NCBI GenBank assembly: GCA_013115145.1
Contig: JAAPAO010000043.1
Span: 43,726-107,725, forward strand
Direction of reading: 5' to 3'
Length of the DNA stretch: 64,000 nucleotides
Source of the DNA: Perkinsus chesapeaki ATCC PRA-425
Lineage: Eukaryota > Protista > Perkinsozoa
The stretch's first letter is position 1; each line of letters begins with the position of its first letter. Below are positions 32,886 through 46,786 of the stretch, one piece after another. A model generated the notes under the pieces. It was not told where the DNA came from. It did not search any database and worked only from the letters and a program-made list of their open reading frames with translations. Position numbers and translations under genes: made by a program.

Positions 32886-35800
32886 ATGAATGCTGCAGCA
32901 CTCGGAGGTCCAGGAAGAATCGGTGGCCCACTTGAAGGTGGTAAGGGCGGCACACCGGTGTTGAGAAATAGCCTGAAATTTAAGCGTCTCAGTTCATCTC
33001 AAAGCAGCAAGATTTTTTAAGTACTCCTTTCCGCTTCAGGCGGTCCGATAACGTCGTCGGCTACGCCGGAGTCTGGGATTCTATCTTACTTTCCCGAGTG
33101 GCTATCGTCCAACCCCTACTTCGGAGCTGGCTTCGGGCTAGTGGGCGTTGGTGCTGTTATGAGCGTCTTGAGGAACTCAAGTAAGATGTTATATACTCAA
33201 CGAGATAGTGGTCTTTTCAGCGACAACTTTGCAGACGGTCTTCCGGCGAAGAGCGTTGTGCTCATTGGAGATACCCAGCAAGGACTACTCCTACCAATGG
33301 GTGATGCAATGGCTTATTACCAAGAATGGGAAATATACACAGCATATAGGTATGTTGCTGGACGACGCTCGCTTCTGTGGGGTACCTTCACCAAGTGTCG
33401 GAATGCCTTTCGGGTTCCTTCGGCTAGGGTCTCTAGTTCCCTTGTGGAGACCAAGGGACAGAAAAATCGAGCAGAATTTAATTGAATCACCCGGAAATAT
33501 TCATTCGATGGCATTTATATATTTCAACACCAGGAAGGCATAGAGCAGATGACAAGTCCCCAGCAGAATCAAAGTTTATTTTTCCATATCAAACACACTT
33601 GATGCTTCTTTATTGAGAATTTAAACCGTTTTATCTCCGCCTTGGTAACATGATTACCTATCCGAAAGGGTGGCATAGTATGGGCAGCAGTTGACTTATA
33701 TTTTTTCTTACTGTATACGGGTTGATGGGTAAGGTTCCCTCGAAATTCTTACCGAGGGTTAAGAGGCACGAAAGCGTACACGGACTTGACGATTTGCATA
33801 AGCCTCGGGCTCACTCCGAGCAGACTTTGTCGATGTATAGCTTGACAATGTTATATATGGCTTCATCTGATGAAGCCCACGTTATATGTTAGAAATCCAC
33901 CGCTTGCAGCACTGACCAGTGACCAGAGCGATGCTGAGGTTATTTTGGATCAGGCGTGGAGACGACGCACTCGAAAGATGTCGCTGGCAGAATGACCACA
34001 TCGTTCGATTTCGTTCCCAGTCCTGGACGCCACTTCATGAGGTTCAACGGTGGGGTAAGGGAGTCGGGATTAGGCGGAAATGTGGTATAAATAGGTGCAT
34101 GGATGCTGGTTGAAAGGGAACGTAATAACTCGACAGTTGATATAACAACAGGGTCGCCTTGGGAGACTTTAACTCTGACAACTATGGCGTGGAATGCGAC
34201 CAAGTTTGAGGGTAGGTGGCGGATTTGGGGCCGTTGAGGCCCTGATCGACTGGCATGATTATTGCTGGGATATTCTTCGTAGTAGAATCGCAGCATGTAG
34301 CAATATTCCCGTCTCGAACTGTAGTTTATTTTATTAGTGAGTATTATCCATTATCGGGCTCGATGATGACCGAAAACCACAGTGGGAAGTCAAGTCTCGC
34401 CAGTTTGATCTTACCAGGTCGTATCTTCCTCACTAGCCGCCTTCGGTTCCGTGCTTCGAGCCCTCTCCCCTATGGTTCAGCTAGTGCGCGGATCACGAAC
34501 AGTTAGGATCGTTATATAATCTCTTTAACTCATTCGTTCAAAGTAATATGAATCTGTATGCGCCAACGCTGGCATGTCATCCGAAGCCGTACGTCGGCCC
34601 GCTGGCATGAAGGGTAATATTTCCACCGTTGCGGACTCCGTAATATGGATAATCGATTTTACACATAGTCGGTGTTGTTGTTGTTGAGGTGTAACACTGG
34701 TATTCCCTCAGAGCTCCTAACTGAGGCCCAAGGGATGGCGGCCAATAAAGAGGAGGGGAAGACTGTTATATATAATGCAACTGGTCACGAATGGCGACCA
34801 TTCGGCAATCCTAAGACTGTTCGGCCATTCGATTCCGGTAAGGATATGCCCCTCTCAGAGAGATAGCTCCCCCTTTAGAGTTTTCAGATTGTTTCACTGG
34901 CTTCTGGGCGGCTTTAGGGGGTCAATCTTCGAAATTTACTCGTCTGCATTTCTAAATGTTAAGAGATGAAAAATCGACGAAATTTTTCCGGAAGTTTTCC
35001 TCTATGTTTTAGATGCCATCCAACATTGTTCATTTTTACTTAGTCATTCTTGACGGTGCAGCAGCGGAGACCATAGCATCCGATGTTAAGGAGTTCCTGT
35101 CTTGTGGTTCATGGTATCCTTTATAGTGCGCAATAACATTATATCGCTTAATCAGGTATTTAGAACGAGGGATACCTTATCGCCGAGGGTACCTTTTTTA
35201 CGGGCCTCCTGGTTGCGGTAAAACGAGCTATATAATGGCACTGGCGGGACATATACAGTAAGTACGTGCGCTATTGGTAATGGCGTTGGGTGTTATCATT
35301 ATTGGTTGGAGAAGCATTGAGGACAAGTGCATGTAGCACTGTGCAATGTCACAACACACTCCTCATGTGTTGGCCTTTCTTGGACAAGTAGATTAAATCG
35401 ATTGCTTTGCTACTAGCATTTTATTAACAAGGTATAGGTATCAGAATAATATTAGTAAATTATCATAACAATAGTTATAATGGATAAAACCACAATAATG
35501 GTTTCGTATATGATAATAGTAACAGTAGCTCTTATGCGATTGTTCAGGTATAACATAGCTGTTCTCAACCTTGGCGACCCTACCATGTCCGACGATCGCC
35601 TTCAGCGTCTCTTAGCAACTGTACCGCCAAAGTGAGCTTGGTCTCGAGGTGTTGAAATCCTTAGTGCGGTGCAGGTGCTTGATTCTACTTGAAGATGTAG
35701 ACTGCGTTCTACCAGATTACGAGCCCTCTGAGAAGGCTCAGGACCCTCGTCATCAAGGTAGGTTCAGAAATACGGTTTTTCTATCAGAATGTTCCTCGTT

Positions 35801-36436
35801 TAGAAAGTGTTTGTCATTGGGCTCTTCTCCAGGTATAAGGCCAATGACATTCTCTGGCCTTCTCAACGCTCTGGATGGCGTCGGCTCCACCGAAGAGCGC
35901 CTTGTCTTCATGACCACCAATAGGCCGTCACTGTTGCCGCCAGTTCTGGTTCGCCCAGGTTCCTTGCGGTCGGCAACAGTCGTCTTTGTTATTTCTTTGG
36001 ATACCTCAGGAAGAGTCGACGTGAAGGTGCATGTTGGGCTGGCAACGAGAGAGCAGATGCGACGAATGTTCCTTCGATTCTATCCCGAAGCAACTGAGTG
36101 GGCGGACGAGTTTGCGCGGTGAGTTGACGGCCCGCTGAATAAGCTTATCTGGGTTCCTCAGTCAAAGCGTGAAACACCGTGGTCGAATGACCGGAAAATT
36201 TTCTTGCGGAAAAATTATGGAAAATTTTGGGAAAATTTACGTAATTTTCTGTTTTTCTGATCGCCATGATATATAGCAGTGTAGAGAAATTAAGACGTAA
36301 TGCTATCAGGAAGCTGGATGGCACCCCACTGTCCTTGGCTGATATTCAAGGCTACTTCCTCTTCTTCAAGAATGACCCTGAGGGATGCCTGGAGAATGCT
36401 GCAGAGTTCGCAGAGAGGGTCCGAGGCCAAAGGTAG
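32886..36436 (+). CDS. BCS1: Mitochondrial AAA chaperone BCS1
   Basis: [92 protein letters not shown] and VRPGRVD. Confidence 0.97.
36191..36250. repeat. Phased GGAAAATTT(T/A) tracts in the last BCS1 intron
   Basis: Copies start at 36193, 36208, 36219 and 36230; the last three are 11 bp apart. Confidence 0.6.
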
Positions 36437-36849
36437 CACGTTCGATACTATGGCATTATGAAGTGACAATTTTAATCCCCTTTGCGCTTGAATGGCATTT
36501 CTCGATTTCTATCGATGATGAGCGGCTCTGAGTCCTAAAACTAAAGTCGCGCCTTCATTTAGCCCTTGCTCCTTCATCTCGCATATAGCTCCTTGCTCGG
36601 TTGTGGGTTAATTGTATGCTCGATTACAGTATTGCATGATCAAAAGCATACGATATCGAGATCAACGTGGGAGCAGTGTCAGCTCGCACTCTCAGGGGTT
36701 GCGACGCGAAGCTCAACTTGGTGGCCGAGAGCTATACTGTCATCATATCATCTGGCGTTTTCCGGGCTCGTCTCCAGTATTCATTTCAGACCAGAGCTTA
36801 CCGCTGCTCCTGATGAAGAGCGAGCGACGACATCAACCATGCCTACCAA

Positions 36850-39800
36850 GCGGGACGGCAAAGTTGTCAATGAAGAGACTAATGTCAATGTTGCCATGGC
36901 CCGATAACGCGAAGGCGGTTGTGTGCGAAAAATTTGTGTTTCTGACAAGTTTATGGTGCTGGTGTTGTCAATACTAGAGGCGCTTCGCTCCGCTTAAAGT
37001 TTACCAAATTGCTGTAATGTTCCTTTATGGTCATCGTTGAGACACTTCAACCTTTTCGAACTCTCGGGGCAATCCATCTCCGGAAAAAACGTGTACTTGA
37101 AAAACTAGCCGAATCAGGTGGGCCGAGTACGGGACAACCTCGATCGGTGTCAGGCAGCAGCAGCACTATTATAATATCTGCCGGCCTTCCTTGGACCATT
37201 TGACACGCATGACAATAGAAAATGCACAAGGCTGGAGGCATCTGAGCGAAGCCTGTGAATCTTAGGCCAGGCGTGGCGTGCTGGTGAGGATGAGGAATCT
37301 TTCTTGGAGTCCTTAAGACCGAAGAATCCCAAGTGCTTCAAATGCAATCTGGGCATGCAGTGCCCTATGTGCAATAGAGTAAGTTTCGTAATTCTCTATA
37401 CTTTCATGAGATTGTCTTGAGCTGTTCTGGTACGAGGTGACTAGACCATATTTCCTATTAAAAGTTGAGTGGAATATCATCTCATGCAGGCTCTGTAGAT
37501 CTAGTAGAGCTATCTCATAGGATGGTAAATTACTAAACTCGTTTCTAATCATCCCTTAACTGTGATTATACTCCTCCACACGACGTTTATTTTCCATTAT
37601 AACCTACTTCCTGTATCCGACATTTGTTCAGGATGAATGCTTCAAGTGTGGTGCCTATCTCAAGTGCCCAAAGTGCGCTGGGCTCGTTAAAGGCAACAGC
37701 ATTCCCAACGGTGGCACTGGTGGTATGCAAAATGCCTTAGATGGTCGGCGGAGCGAAGCAACGTTTCTGATTTTAGACTCGGAAGTTCGTGGATTTGTGG
37801 AGACCAGGAGCTCTGGAACACAATACAACGAAAGGGATTTCAAAAAGCAGAAGACCAAGGCTCAGCTTAGGGCCGCATTGGGCACTGATCAGGAAGCTGG
37901 TGAGGAGGGGGAGCTAGGGCGCGCGAGAAAATTACAGTATTTTTTGGATTGCGGCTTCCGAATGTTCGTGGAGTGTTGCTTTACTGGCGAGAAGTTGCTG
38001 AACTTTTAATGAATATGGAAGAACTTTCAATTTGGCGTCCTAAGTTAGCGCTCTCCAGTGTAAGATAACTGATGTTCACTAAATTGCATAACGAACTGAA
38101 AGACACTGTAATATTATAAACTATCCTGAGTGGTTTGTGGAGAATACGAAGGATTGGCAATCCTCGATTGCTTCCATTTTTAGAGGAGTTCGGGGATAAT
38201 GAGAAGGACGAGAAGGAACTGAGAATCGAGGAGCTAGAAAAACAGGTTTGCCGGCATCCGCTCCGCCGCGTCGCCGGAAAACCTTGGTCTCAGATTGACG
38301 ACCTCGGTGCAGAGCTAGGACGGGCTGAAGAGGAAAGGGATAGACAGGAAGAGCGCGCTGAAGTTTACCGGGACAAGTGCGGTGGCTAGGGGGTGCGAGG
38401 ATTGAATGGTGAATGGCAGGTTTAACGAGATGCGGAAAGACTGGGACATCGAGCAGAAGAGTCGGGTGAAGCTCGAGGGTAAATTAGCAGACTTTCAGAC
38501 TCAACTGAGGTAAGTACGGAGGGTAAGGAGCGAGATGATGACCTGCTGATGAGTTAGGTATCTTTCGGATGTTGCTGCCATGTATCAGAGCAAGCTGACA
38601 CAGACAAGGATATGGACTATGACCACAATAGAGAAAGGGTAAGGCGACGACTCTTCGTAACGCCTCTGCTGTTCGGGCTTTTGCCCATGGAATCAGCATT
38701 TTATTTCAAGTAGGGCAAGTGCAGCTATATAATCTGATATATGCCATGCTTATGGGGTATATGACACTCTGTAAACAGTAATCGGAAAAGGAGGGCCCAA
38801 CCGTCATCATCTCCACCGGGTCTCTGCACATCGAGCATTATAATGGGAGCTTATTATTAATCTTAGTCTGTGACAGTGCTCCATGAGAAAATTGCGGCAG
38901 GTACGATAAAATGTGGGAGACGTTCTCGAGGTATGGGAAATGCGAAGCACGGGCAATGCGACGGCTTGTTCTGGCTGCATGGAGGAGCGGTATCGCCATG
39001 ATGAAGCTGGACAAGGCTCTTGCGGAATCGGTACGGGTGAAGGGTTATTAAATTATGATCTATTGTGCTTCAGGAAAAAAGATGTAAACTGGTGGAAGCA
39101 GAAAGAGATAAATATAAGGAAGAATGCGTTGAACTAAAGGGGATTATTACCCAGCTGGAAGAGGTGGGGTTTGACTATAACTATTTTACATCGAACAAAA
39201 TATAATAATATCATTTACCTCTAATATAATATAGTATTCACAATAATATGGTTAATTGTCGAAACGCTGTACTCAATGACCCAGTTCAAATCAACGTCAT
39301 CGACGTCTGGAAACTTGTTTCTGGTAGACTGGTATCCTCAGATTCGAGCTGATATGCGTCGTCGTTTGAAGGCTGCTGGAAAGCGAGCTCTGGATAAAGT
39401 GTAAGAGTGTGGCTTACCTTAGTAAACCGATATTCCCCTTCTCTAGGCTTCATAGCAAGCCAGGTGGCCAGATGCTTCAATACTTTGAGCTGTGGAGGCT
39501 GGGTCACGCCGCAGCTGTGGCCGAGAATCGCATGGAGCACGCTGACGATTTGGCAAGAGAGCTCCAAGAGTGGCGCCAAAAGTGAGGGGGTTAACATCTA
39601 GAACTGTCTTCTTGCTGTTGGAGGAGATTGCTGTGACTGTTCAGATTCGAGTCCGCCTTCAAACGAGTTAATGAGCTCACTTGGAAGTTAACGGAAGCCA
39701 ACAGGAAGGTGGCATTGAGAGAAAGAGAAGCGGAAAAGCTCAGACCGCTGGTCTCTGAGGTGAGATGTTCGATTGCCAGCAGTTGCCGAGTCTCATAGTT

Positions 39801-40803
39801 GACTTTCGAAAGCGTTTCCGGAGTGAATCTGCTGCCGCGAACTGAATGGGGATTGATTTTTTTCAGGTGGCGTCGCTGAAGCGGAAATTAATCGAGGTAG
39901 AGGAAGCTAGAATACGACAGATAGCCGAGCGAGATGCTATATTGATTGAGCGAAGAAAGGAGCTTCAGGAGCTTCAACAGGTATCACTCAGAAATCTCCG
40001 CAGTGCGCAAAGATACGCGGCACGTAGGTTATTTTGAATGACGTCCACGCACAGGCCTTGCACGCGCATATATTGCACTTGAATGATAAGATAGAGTAAG
40101 CTTCAGATGGGCTGTAGCTGAGCTTGAACATATCTTGAAAGATACGAGAAGATGCTGCGCATGCGTGCAACCGGTACGGGGTTCCCTCGTAACGCTCCCA
40201 CAGTGGTGGTCTGTATGAACTGCCAGAAGTTGTTGGTTTATCGGAAGAAGGCGAAAATGTCTGTGAAGTGAGAACACAGGCGCGTGGATGGCGTTTCTAA
40301 AATCTGCTTATCAGATCACCGCGGAAAAAGAAGACTTGCAATGAATTCTTGCCGCCGTTGAAGAGCAGCCATCACCATAACGGCTCCGACAGCGAAGACG
40401 GCTTGCACGAAGACTCAACACATAGCGGAGGGAGGCTGGAAAGAGTAAGCCTAAACTGTGGTCAGCGGTGGCACGTAGCGCGGCGTTGTTTCAGTCCCTT
40501 ATGAGCTACAGTAGCGACCCCGAGTCGGAAACATCGGGCTCTATGTCCTTGAAGCCACCTGCAGCAGTCGGCAGCAGTTCACGGTAAGGAGTAGCGCACC
40601 GCTCCGCTTTTGCATCGACTGGTAAAATATACCGGTCCAGTTCGACATCCCATGTATCAAGCGCCTCTCATTTCCTTACCGTGATTCAGTCCACAACGCC
40701 GAGAAGTCACTATCGTGGAGCAGCACTCTAGTGTGCCCAGATTGCCAGTCATCTCCGAAGTCCAAGAAGGTCGCAGCAGTCGAGCTTCCTCAGCTAAACT
40801 GAG
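36850..40803 (+). CDS. Large hypothetical coiled-coil protein with two N-terminal CxxC-x5-CPxC motifs (start uncertain)
   Basis: KCFKCNLGMQCPMC and ECFKCGAYLKCPKC exons, then coiled-coil exons (ELRIEELEKQ; SLKRKLIEVEEARIRQIAERD); ends ...VELPQLN*. Confidence 0.45.
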
Positions 40804-43006
40804 TGCACGATGGCGCATTCCATGACCTTAGATGTTCATAGCATCCATAGTGCCTTATCGTTCTCCATACACTGGGGTGGACAGTGCCGGGCGCGCGCTT
40901 TTTACAACGCGCTGCTGGTTCGGCTTGAATCTCGCCGGTCGAATTTCGAGCGGCCTCATTTCCATGGACTCGGTCGCATTGGATGGCGCGCTGCTCTTCT
41001 AATGGCCTTAACTTTCAGCCATTACCTTTTGTAAATATATTTCCTATTCACAACGGCACCCTGCTGGGCATGTATGCCGCCTTCTACTGGTGGTTGGTAG
41101 GCCATCACAGCCTGGAAAACGGATTTTACGGTTTTTCTATCAGATTTTCCGAGCGGTGTTAGCGGTTGCGCATTCGATGCAGCCCATAACGATAGAGATG
41201 ATTCCCGATGCGATATACTTGCCGGAGGTGGCCAAGAAGAAAGTTGTTGTTTCTCCAGGTTGGACAGCGTGACGCCGTGACGTTCAGTGATCGATTCTCT
41301 CAGCTTCGAGAGAAGGAGCCGAGGTGTACAGAACCCAAGCTGATCTCTTCCACTGGAGAAGACTCGGCTGTTTCAAACTTAGTGAAAACGATCAAGTTGC
41401 CGTTTCGGGAGAGAAGGTCAGCAGGATCATCGAAATCGATAGACGCTTTGTGGTCCGCTGACGCCGAGCCTCATTGTTAGCCGCCTCTTGACTTGGAATG
41501 GTGGGGTAGTTCCTGCACTTAGCCGAGGTTATTGACCATCTCTCTCTGCCAGAGAGATTGTGGGAAGAGAAAAGCCCAGCAGGACGTATATAGAGACTGC
41601 CTGCTAGGACCGAAGGGAAGTACAGACATATAGTTCCGCCTAGGGAAGAATCTCAATGAAGCTTCTTTCTCGTGAAATTCCGTTGATCTTCTCGATGAAG
41701 ATATTTTTGAGCTCAAGTGTGGACAGGCTGAGGCTCTACTGACGATCATAGCGGCCATGGAAATTGAGCTTGCACTTGTTCGTTTTTCCAATCGGTAGCG
41801 TACTGGCTGAACGCGTCACCGCTTCAGGATTGGACAATCAAAGACCGGGAGTGTGTGGCTGCCAAATGTGACTCGGGAAAGAGCGCCGAGGAGACACCTA
41901 AGTGACTTGTATGCGTGGGGCTGACCTTCGATTGGCGGCATCAGGTGCCGATCGGGTTTGCCATTTTACCGCTTTAAGCGTGGAGCTGATTGTAAAGAAG
42001 GAGACTGTCTCGATCTGAGTACATGTCAACTCCGCTGTATGATGAAGGGCATGGATGTGGCTGGGTTGGTGTATTCCAGCCCTATCGATAAGAATCCCGA
42101 TGAGCATCTGTTACCGAACGAATGCAGGTAACAACAACGATACAGCACGCATCACGGCTTTTCGACTGTGTCGTGGACTAGTCGCTATAAAGCATTCGGC
42201 TCATTGTGAAGGTCAAGGGTTAAATCTGTTTTGCTCCACGCTTGCTTGCGACTTGGATGATCTGATCGGAAAGGGAGTCGGGACGTCACCGATTGGGACG
42301 AAGACTAGGTCAAAGCTGGTCACCTGACAATCGGCTGAAAACTAGTTTATTATAATCTGACCGGTGTTTATTGATCGGAAGGGGTATCCGACGGAATGCA
42401 GAGCTCTAGTGGTGACAGCATGGAAAAGCATGGAATATCTTTCGTCTGCCATCCGAAGCTGCTGAAGCTTAATAGTGCCTTTTGTCAGATGTGGAGCATC
42501 ACGGAAGAATCCTATCTGGAATAACTGGCAGCAGAACTCCCTAGGACAGCCACAGTTCGATACTATCGAGTATCTTCTCCCACCTGAAGAAGCTTTAGAG
42601 GTTGATGAGGTAAGGATGGCTACATTCAGATTCACAGCCTAATACATGTCATATCGTCTCACCACTCGACTATGCAAATCATAACCTTCAATGATAACCT
42701 ACTCTTTTTTTCATAAAGGATGCCCCAGAACATTTTTTCTGGCTACAGGTACATTACGTTTTAAGATTTTTTCTGGAATCGTTTTTGAGTACTTTAAATC
42801 ATATTATCATTTTTCCTCTATAGTTGGCTCCTACAATGGATGCCGCAGTGATCGTTATCACACTTAATCATCAATAAGCACTTGTCTAGAGGGAATGTAA
42901 TCGTGCGCTGCTGAATGAGCTAATCGTAATGAGTTACCCCTGCGTGATCGCACTGTTGGGGCTGTCGATGAATGGTGAATAACAGTACAGAAGACTGCCT
43001 GTCTTT

Positions 43007-45376
43007 ATGGTGCAAATACGATTACTATTGTTAGTGTCGATTCGATCTCAGGTAGGATGCTCGGTGGAGATATGGGAATACGCAGACGCCAGAGAGACGG
43101 GAGGAGCGGTACCGAACATGATAGAGGAGCTGAACGCTGATGTACGCGGGAAGGCGGTCAAGAAATATCACACTGGTGATTACATCACAGGCTTGCACAG
43201 TCAAGCCGCAAGTGTTTATCTTTTCCGGTGTTGATTGGTAGTGCAAAGCGCCGATGCACTTTCCTGGTGGTCTTCGCCTCATTGTGGCAACGAACCTCCT
43301 GGGCCTCTCCAGATGATCGATTCAGCGGCATGTGCATGGTTTCAGGATGAGGGCTATCAGCTAGCAGTCGTCCTTGGTATGGCCGACCCGGGAGACATGG
43401 ATGACACAACCGTTGAGGAAGACGACAAGTCGGTTGAATTCCGGTCATGTCCCAATGCTAAAAGTTGGTGGTTAGGCGTAGCAAAGCGGCAGAGACTCGC
43501 AGTAAGACGTGCACTACGAAGAAAGGAATTGGCAAGAGCCTCGCAGAAACGAAGACACGTAAATGAAGTCAAGGAGCGCTTGCATGACTTTGGGCAGGTT
43601 TACGAAGATCATCAACTGGTATAAGAGCGAGGTTGCCGTTCGATAATGATAAGGATGATCACGGAGAGTTATACAGCAAAAAAGTATGGCCAACACACTG
43701 GGACCGGCAAAGATTTCGTTCTCGGACAGACGGCGTGTGAAGGAGTGGTGGAGGATACCGCGTGTTGGAGCTTCGCTATGCAGTCGACTGGTGACTCCAA
43801 GTGCACCGCTGACCAATGGGGATGCTCAATATCATATTTTGAGAAGAACCATCGATCGAAGGTTTGTCAAGATACTCGAGTGAGCGCACAGTGAAGAATC
43901 TTTTCGGCAAAGCGGCGGTTTCAGATGCTTTCCAAGTGTCCAATCACTTGTGGTGTATGTCGGTTATATAACCGGCCGGGTCCGAGAGCAGGGAGCTATG
44001 CAACTTGGAGCGATAACAAAGTGACGACGACCCGACCTGAGCTCTTAATTGTGTATTTACGGTATCTCAGGAACAATCTGGTTTTGTGAGAATACCGTAT
44101 GTGATAGATCGAGGGAACCCTCATATGGACGCCAGTAGAGTTGCTGTTATCGAAGCAGCTACGAAAGCCATGGCTGATAACACTTGTGTAAGACTCAACG
44201 TTAACTTGCCTTTCCTCCTCAACGCCGGTGTCCTCCTTGTCTCATTGTTTGTGATGCTTCACATTTGTCAGATACAATTTTACGAATTCGACGATCGCGG
44301 GCAGCTCCCGAATAAGTTCGTTAAATTCACTGTAAGTGCTTTTTCGTTCTGTCCTACGGCATTTAGCATCTCCTTGTCAACAGGTTGAGACCGGCAGCAG
44401 TGGCGAGCCCGCCGGCTGCTACGCTTCGCCTCCAGGCCACCCCAGCTCTCAGTTCAGTGTGGTTAACTTAGGATCATGTAGAGACAGTAGCCGACTCGGG
44501 AGTGTTATACATGAGCTTGGTCATGTACTTGGAAGTAAGCCTTAGACTGTGCATTTGACTTTGGGTATCTGCTATTCTACTGTCAGTGGTGCACACCCAG
44601 ATGAGGGGCGATCGTGATGAGTATATCGATCTCAATTGGAAGGATATTAAGCCTGGTTCAGAAGCCAACTTCGCAGTGGATCATTACTCGTAGAGAACAT
44701 GAGACAGTTGGTGGCTCGACAAAATGCCTGCTTAGATTCCAGGGCGCCGATGGGGAATATGTACCGTACGACTACGGCAGCCTTCTGCATTACTCCAAGA
44801 CTCAAGCTATGGATCCGTCTCGGTATGACCCTTCTAGGAATCCAGGAACATTCGAAGTGAAATACCCCGTACCGGAAGGTCTGACTAAGGTAAGGTGAAT
44901 CCACGGCAAGCCGATGCCACACGTCTCTGATTAGATCGGCCAACGGGAGCGCTTGTCCGACTCTGACATAACCGAGATTAACAAGCTTTACAGATGCTAC
45001 ATGGGTCTTTCGAAGCAAGAGGGGAAGAGAGAACAGACGATGGCATCTAGCTCGGCAAACTCTGCATTATCCAGCGCTGCAGGTAAAGAGCATTTGTTTA
45101 TTGTTTCGATTGCGTCTCCATCAGGCACGCCTGCTCCTTTGAGCACAGAAGATTTCCAGCTTTCTCGAGCGCAATTTGCCCAGTTGCAGAATAAGAGAAA
45201 AGGAGAGATCGAAACGAACACAGCTAATCTCGTTGGTAGGATTGGCCATTGTCCTCCGTTCATTTGGTCCTCATAGGTTCCGTTGCGCAGTCGATGCAGT
45301 ACGTGGCACAAACGGCAAATGGGGGAAATGGACGTTTAACAGAAGAAGCCACTCAAAAGCTTATTGGGTCCATTAA
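43007..45376 (+). CDS. Secreted astacin (M12A) metalloprotease with N-terminal ShK-like Cys module (3' end uncertain)
   Basis: Signal-like start; ...KCPITCGVC; RIPYVID; spliced HELGHVLGMVHTQMRGDRDEYI; PYDYGSLLHY; IGQRERLSDSDITEINKLYRC. Confidence 0.88.
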
Positions 45377-46786
45377 GGGAATCATTGGAATGTAAGTCAT
45401 GAACGATGGTGTTCAAGTGCCTATATCGGTGTACAGGTTTGAAGATTCAAAGGCTTTGGGTCACATTGTGGACGATTCAAATCGTTATATCTCCAGATGA
45501 GGTGACATGTTCTGCATGAAACAATAGCGATAGTCAATAAACCAGATGTTGTGTTTCAAGTATCATTGTGTACGCAAGTTATCGAACACGAAGATGAACA
45601 AGCAGCGGATCTCAGAGGCTTATAATACGAAAGTGTGGCAATGTCCATTTCCCTTTTAACGCTGTCCGCCTGATGAGTGAATACCGAATTCCGAAGGGCC
45701 GTGCTCCTGTTGTCGGAGTTTGCAACGGGCACCTGCGGAACCATACACGTCTGGTACGGTGTGCAATTGTATACTCATTATTATCATACGTTGTAATATA
45801 CAGTATATTAATAATGTGTAACAACCCAAAAGGTGAAGTAACAGAGAGAATAAGAGTAGCAGTGCTGAGCTAGAAGACAATGGTTAGCAGTCATACGGCA
45901 CCATAGGCCGTAGGTATGACGGTGAACAGAGAATCTTCTTTGATAACCGTTACTTTATAGTAATCATCTTAACATGTATGAAGTAAGTCGAGCAACCAAT
46001 TATGAGTTTGTCACGTGTCTCAAGGAGGAGTAATCGCACCCGCTAGTTCCTTTTTTCATCTACAATCATCATAAGTCTCTGTCAGGTAATCCACTTCACA
46101 GAAGACTTTTATATTCCGCAAGAGGGCCTCCCGTCAAGTAGTCGGTCATGGTCACCTCCAGGCCATTTGATAGCTTATGCCACCCGAGGGTAACAACGGC
46201 GATGCTCACATCGGCAGCGGGCGACTCACACTCATCCTTGTCCGGATATTAGGTGTCCCATAGCGCCAGTGAGCAGGAGCAGCAGATCCGACGTTATCGC
46301 AGTAGTAGACCTTGACACCTTGAAATTACCGTGACCGAGAACCGTCTCGTCGATGCATGTGTGCTCTGAAGGGGTAGTGGCACACACTTACAGCAAGTGG
46401 GTTCAATTCTAAGGAACTTTAGGCATGTGGCCATTTGCCATCACTGGAATCATTCCAGTGGAATGACACAGAGTGAGAATGCTCAAGGTATATTTGGCGT
46501 TGAAATGGTAATCCTAGGACTTGTTAATTCTCGCGAGGAATCTCAGAGACGAGTCGAGTCATGTGAAGATACCTTCGGGTATGAGATTTAGCTTACCATC
46601 CCAACGCCAGTCGTACATACTCGGTTACTGAGCTGTGGAGGGTAAATGGTGTCGATCTCAGGAAATAGCTAATCGCCCTGGAGCCGATAGTATAACTTAT
46701 TAATAACTTGTTTAGTATCAATACTGAAAACACAAGTATTATAGATCACATCGACAACAACATTTAATAAAAATCAATTCCATTCG

